Positions 23,857 through 25,101 of a stretch of DNA of 25,101 nt are shown here, one piece after another (position 1 is the stretch's first letter; each line of letters begins with the position of its first letter). The DNA lies in IMG/VR virus record IMGVR_UViG_3300009165_000006. One strand, given 5' to 3'. Origin of the DNA: a virus. A program made the translations under genes and the position numbers. The notes under the pieces were generated by a model, which was not told where the DNA came from, did not search any database, and was given only the letters and a program-made list of their open reading frames with translations.

Positions 23857-24158
23857 TTCAGATCCAGGTTCGAGTTGTTGAGGATCGAGTTGTTGGGATT
23901 TTCACATCCGGGTTCAGTCTATCAACCTCCAAGCTCTATTCCAACAAGGAGGCTTTGGCCCGCCTTAGGGATGCCTCAAGCGACTGGAAGATAGTGGTTC
24001 CTAGTATCATTGCCTACTTGATAGAACAGTATCCAGATGAGGCTTGGGGTATCAATGTATTGGTGGGTCAGGTAGTGGTCCGCAGGTTTGAGTCAACTCT
24101 GACTCCCGTGGTTGTTGAGACGTCCAGGCGGAGTCGATACAACCACGGGAGTCGGTGA
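23844..24158 (+). CDS. hypothetical protein (104 aa)
   Basis: Start overlaps the upstream gene end (CCATGGGTG context). Confidence 0.45.
   Translation: MGDLIQIQVRVVEDRVVGIFTSGFSLSTSKLYSNKEALARLRDASSDWKIVVPSIIAYLIEQYPDEAWGINVLVGQVVVRRFESTLTPVVVETSRRSRYNHGSR
24104..24148. repeat. 11-bp perfect inverted repeat CCCGTGGTTGT...ACAACCACGGG (23-nt loop) at the end of the gene
   Basis: Read directly. Confidence 0.7.
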
Positions 24159-24193
24159 TCTGATTGCCCAATTCGTTGGGACAGCAGAGCGCT

Positions 24194-24217
24194 CCTTTCC
24201 TTTCCTTTCCTTTCCTT
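24194..24217. repeat. pentanucleotide microsatellite (CCTTT)4 + CCTT directly abutting a TTGACT -35 hexamer
   Basis: Read directly. TTGACT 24216-24221, TAGGAT 24237-24242. Confidence 0.85.
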
Positions 24218-24291
24218 GACTCAGTTGTACAAGTTCTAGGATGTGAACCTTAGAGATTTGGCGATTTGATCTGGTGTAGCTGCTCATCGTT

Positions 24292-25101
24292 ATGAGCAGC
24301 CTACCAACCCCCCTAGAGCTCTTGAAACAAAAGCATGCGGATCTGTTCAAAGGCCTTCAGTTCAGCTCCAAAGACAACAAGATGGCTGGGAAGGTGCTCA
24401 AGAAAGACGGAGAGGAAGCCGCCCTAGCGTTTCTGAGTGAGCGAGGGGTATCAAGGGGCGAGCTCCCAAACTTTCGACCTCCGGCTAAGACCTTGGTAGT
24501 TGCGCAGAGTCGACCTTTTGAGGAGTTTCCAATTTACCGAGTGAGTGAGGCTATTCAGCTCTATGTTTACAGCCTTTCTGTAAAGGAGTTGGAGACAGTA
24601 CCAAGCGGATCTAGTACCAAAAAAGAGCATCAACGGTTCTTTCAAGATAGTTCAGTACCTGATTTTGGATACACATCAGTCCAAGGTCTGAACAAGATCT
24701 TTGGTCTCGCCAGGGGAATCTATCTAGGAGTGATCACGAGGGGGGAGAATCAACTCCAGAAGGCCAAGAGTAAGCACGAGGCACTCAACAAAAAGCGTAG
24801 GGCTTCGGGGGAGGCAGAGACGGAGTTTGATCCAACCCCTTACGAGTACATGACTCCTGAGCGTAAGTTGGCAAAGCCCCCTGGAGTCAATCACAGCATC
24901 ATGTGTTATGTGGATATTAGTGTAGATGAATTTGACTTTAGGAACCCAGATGGCATTGTCTTACCCTCTGAGTATGCTGGATACTGTCGTGAGATCAATA
25001 CTGCGATTGAGAAGGGTACTGTCGATCGATTAGGTCACTTGAAGGGGGGCCCTGGGTATATCCCAGGGCATCAACGGAAGGAGAGCACGACAGAAGGTCC
25101 T
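24292..25101 (+). CDS. hypothetical protein, 3'-partial (at least 270 aa, runs off the window end)
   Basis: Manual translation from ATG 24292 (MSSLPTPLELLKQKHADLF...) is open to 25101. Not in the ORF track because there is no stop in the window. The start codon lies inside the hairpin GCTGCTCAT-CGTT-ATGAGCAGC. Confidence 0.5.
   Translation, partial: MSSLPTPLELLKQKHADLFKGLQFSSKDNKMAGKVLKKDGEEAALAFLSERGVSRGELPNFRPPAKTLVVAQSRPFEEFPIYRVSEAIQLYVYSLSVKELETVPSGSSTKKEHQRFFQDSSVPDFGYTSVQGLNKIFGLARGIYLGVITRGENQLQKAKSKHEALNKKRRASGEAETEFDPTPYEYMTPERKLAKPPGVNHSIMCYVDISVDEFDFRNPDGIVLPSEYAGYCREINTAIEKGTVDRLGHLKGGPGYIPGHQRKESTTEGP

Noticed and set aside
1-25101. CRISPR array
   Set aside because: The only regularly spaced repeats are the 11-bp iterons (too short, mixed orientation, irregular spacers) and a pentanucleotide microsatellite. 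There are no 25-40 bp repeat-spacer units.

Overview
This is a densely packed, strand-switching block of mostly small genes. The expression signals are bacterial, the genetic code is standard, and GC content is about 50%. It looks like an accessory or early region of a bacteriophage, prophage or plasmid-like mobile element, not core chromosome.

**Layout (mostly 58-264 aa proteins):**
- 1-8400: minus-strand genes. Nearly every one has its own conserved promoter of the form TTGAG-N17/18-(GCG)TAATAG-N5/6-ATG, so the mRNAs are essentially leaderless.
- 8400-9157: divergent control region with an AT-rich stretch plus six GTGATATACAA iterons. It looks like an origin or partition site.
- 9176-13095: plus-strand genes with start/stop overlaps.
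- 13254-15648: minus-strand module with a 654-aa right-handed beta-helix protein (DUF1565/pectate-lyase-like N-terminus) and a 145-aa partner. This is a probable tailspike or tail-fibre module.
- 15831-16577: a stand-alone Thg1-like 3'-5' nucleotidyltransferase gene.
- 16850-19598: small unknown genes.
- 19670 to the window end: plus-strand genes, including a TnpB/IS605-OrfB-like RuvC nuclease gene (20716-22143) interrupted by one in-frame TGA.

**Recognisable products:**
- A small secreted lipoprotein metzincin-like protease (HEMGHAYNLHH).
- Three copies of a LexA-N-terminal-like stand-alone wHTH protein.
- A ribbon-helix-helix protein next to the iterons.
- A HicB/UPF0150-like small protein.

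**Uncharacterised paralog families:**
- A (2 copies), C (3 copies) and D (2 copies).
- A His/Cys-motif domain family (3 domain copies in 2 genes).

**Non-coding features:**
- A 68-bp bipartite conserved element, AACTACACGTAG-16-TTACTATTG-21-ACGTGTAGGC, present twice with identical spacing.
- A perfect 23-bp inverted repeat.
- A (CCTTT)4 microsatellite abutting a promoter.
- Several 270-480 bp hairpin-rich gaps that could encode small RNAs.

No tRNA, rRNA or CRISPR array was recognised. Most functional calls rest on short motifs and are low to moderate confidence.
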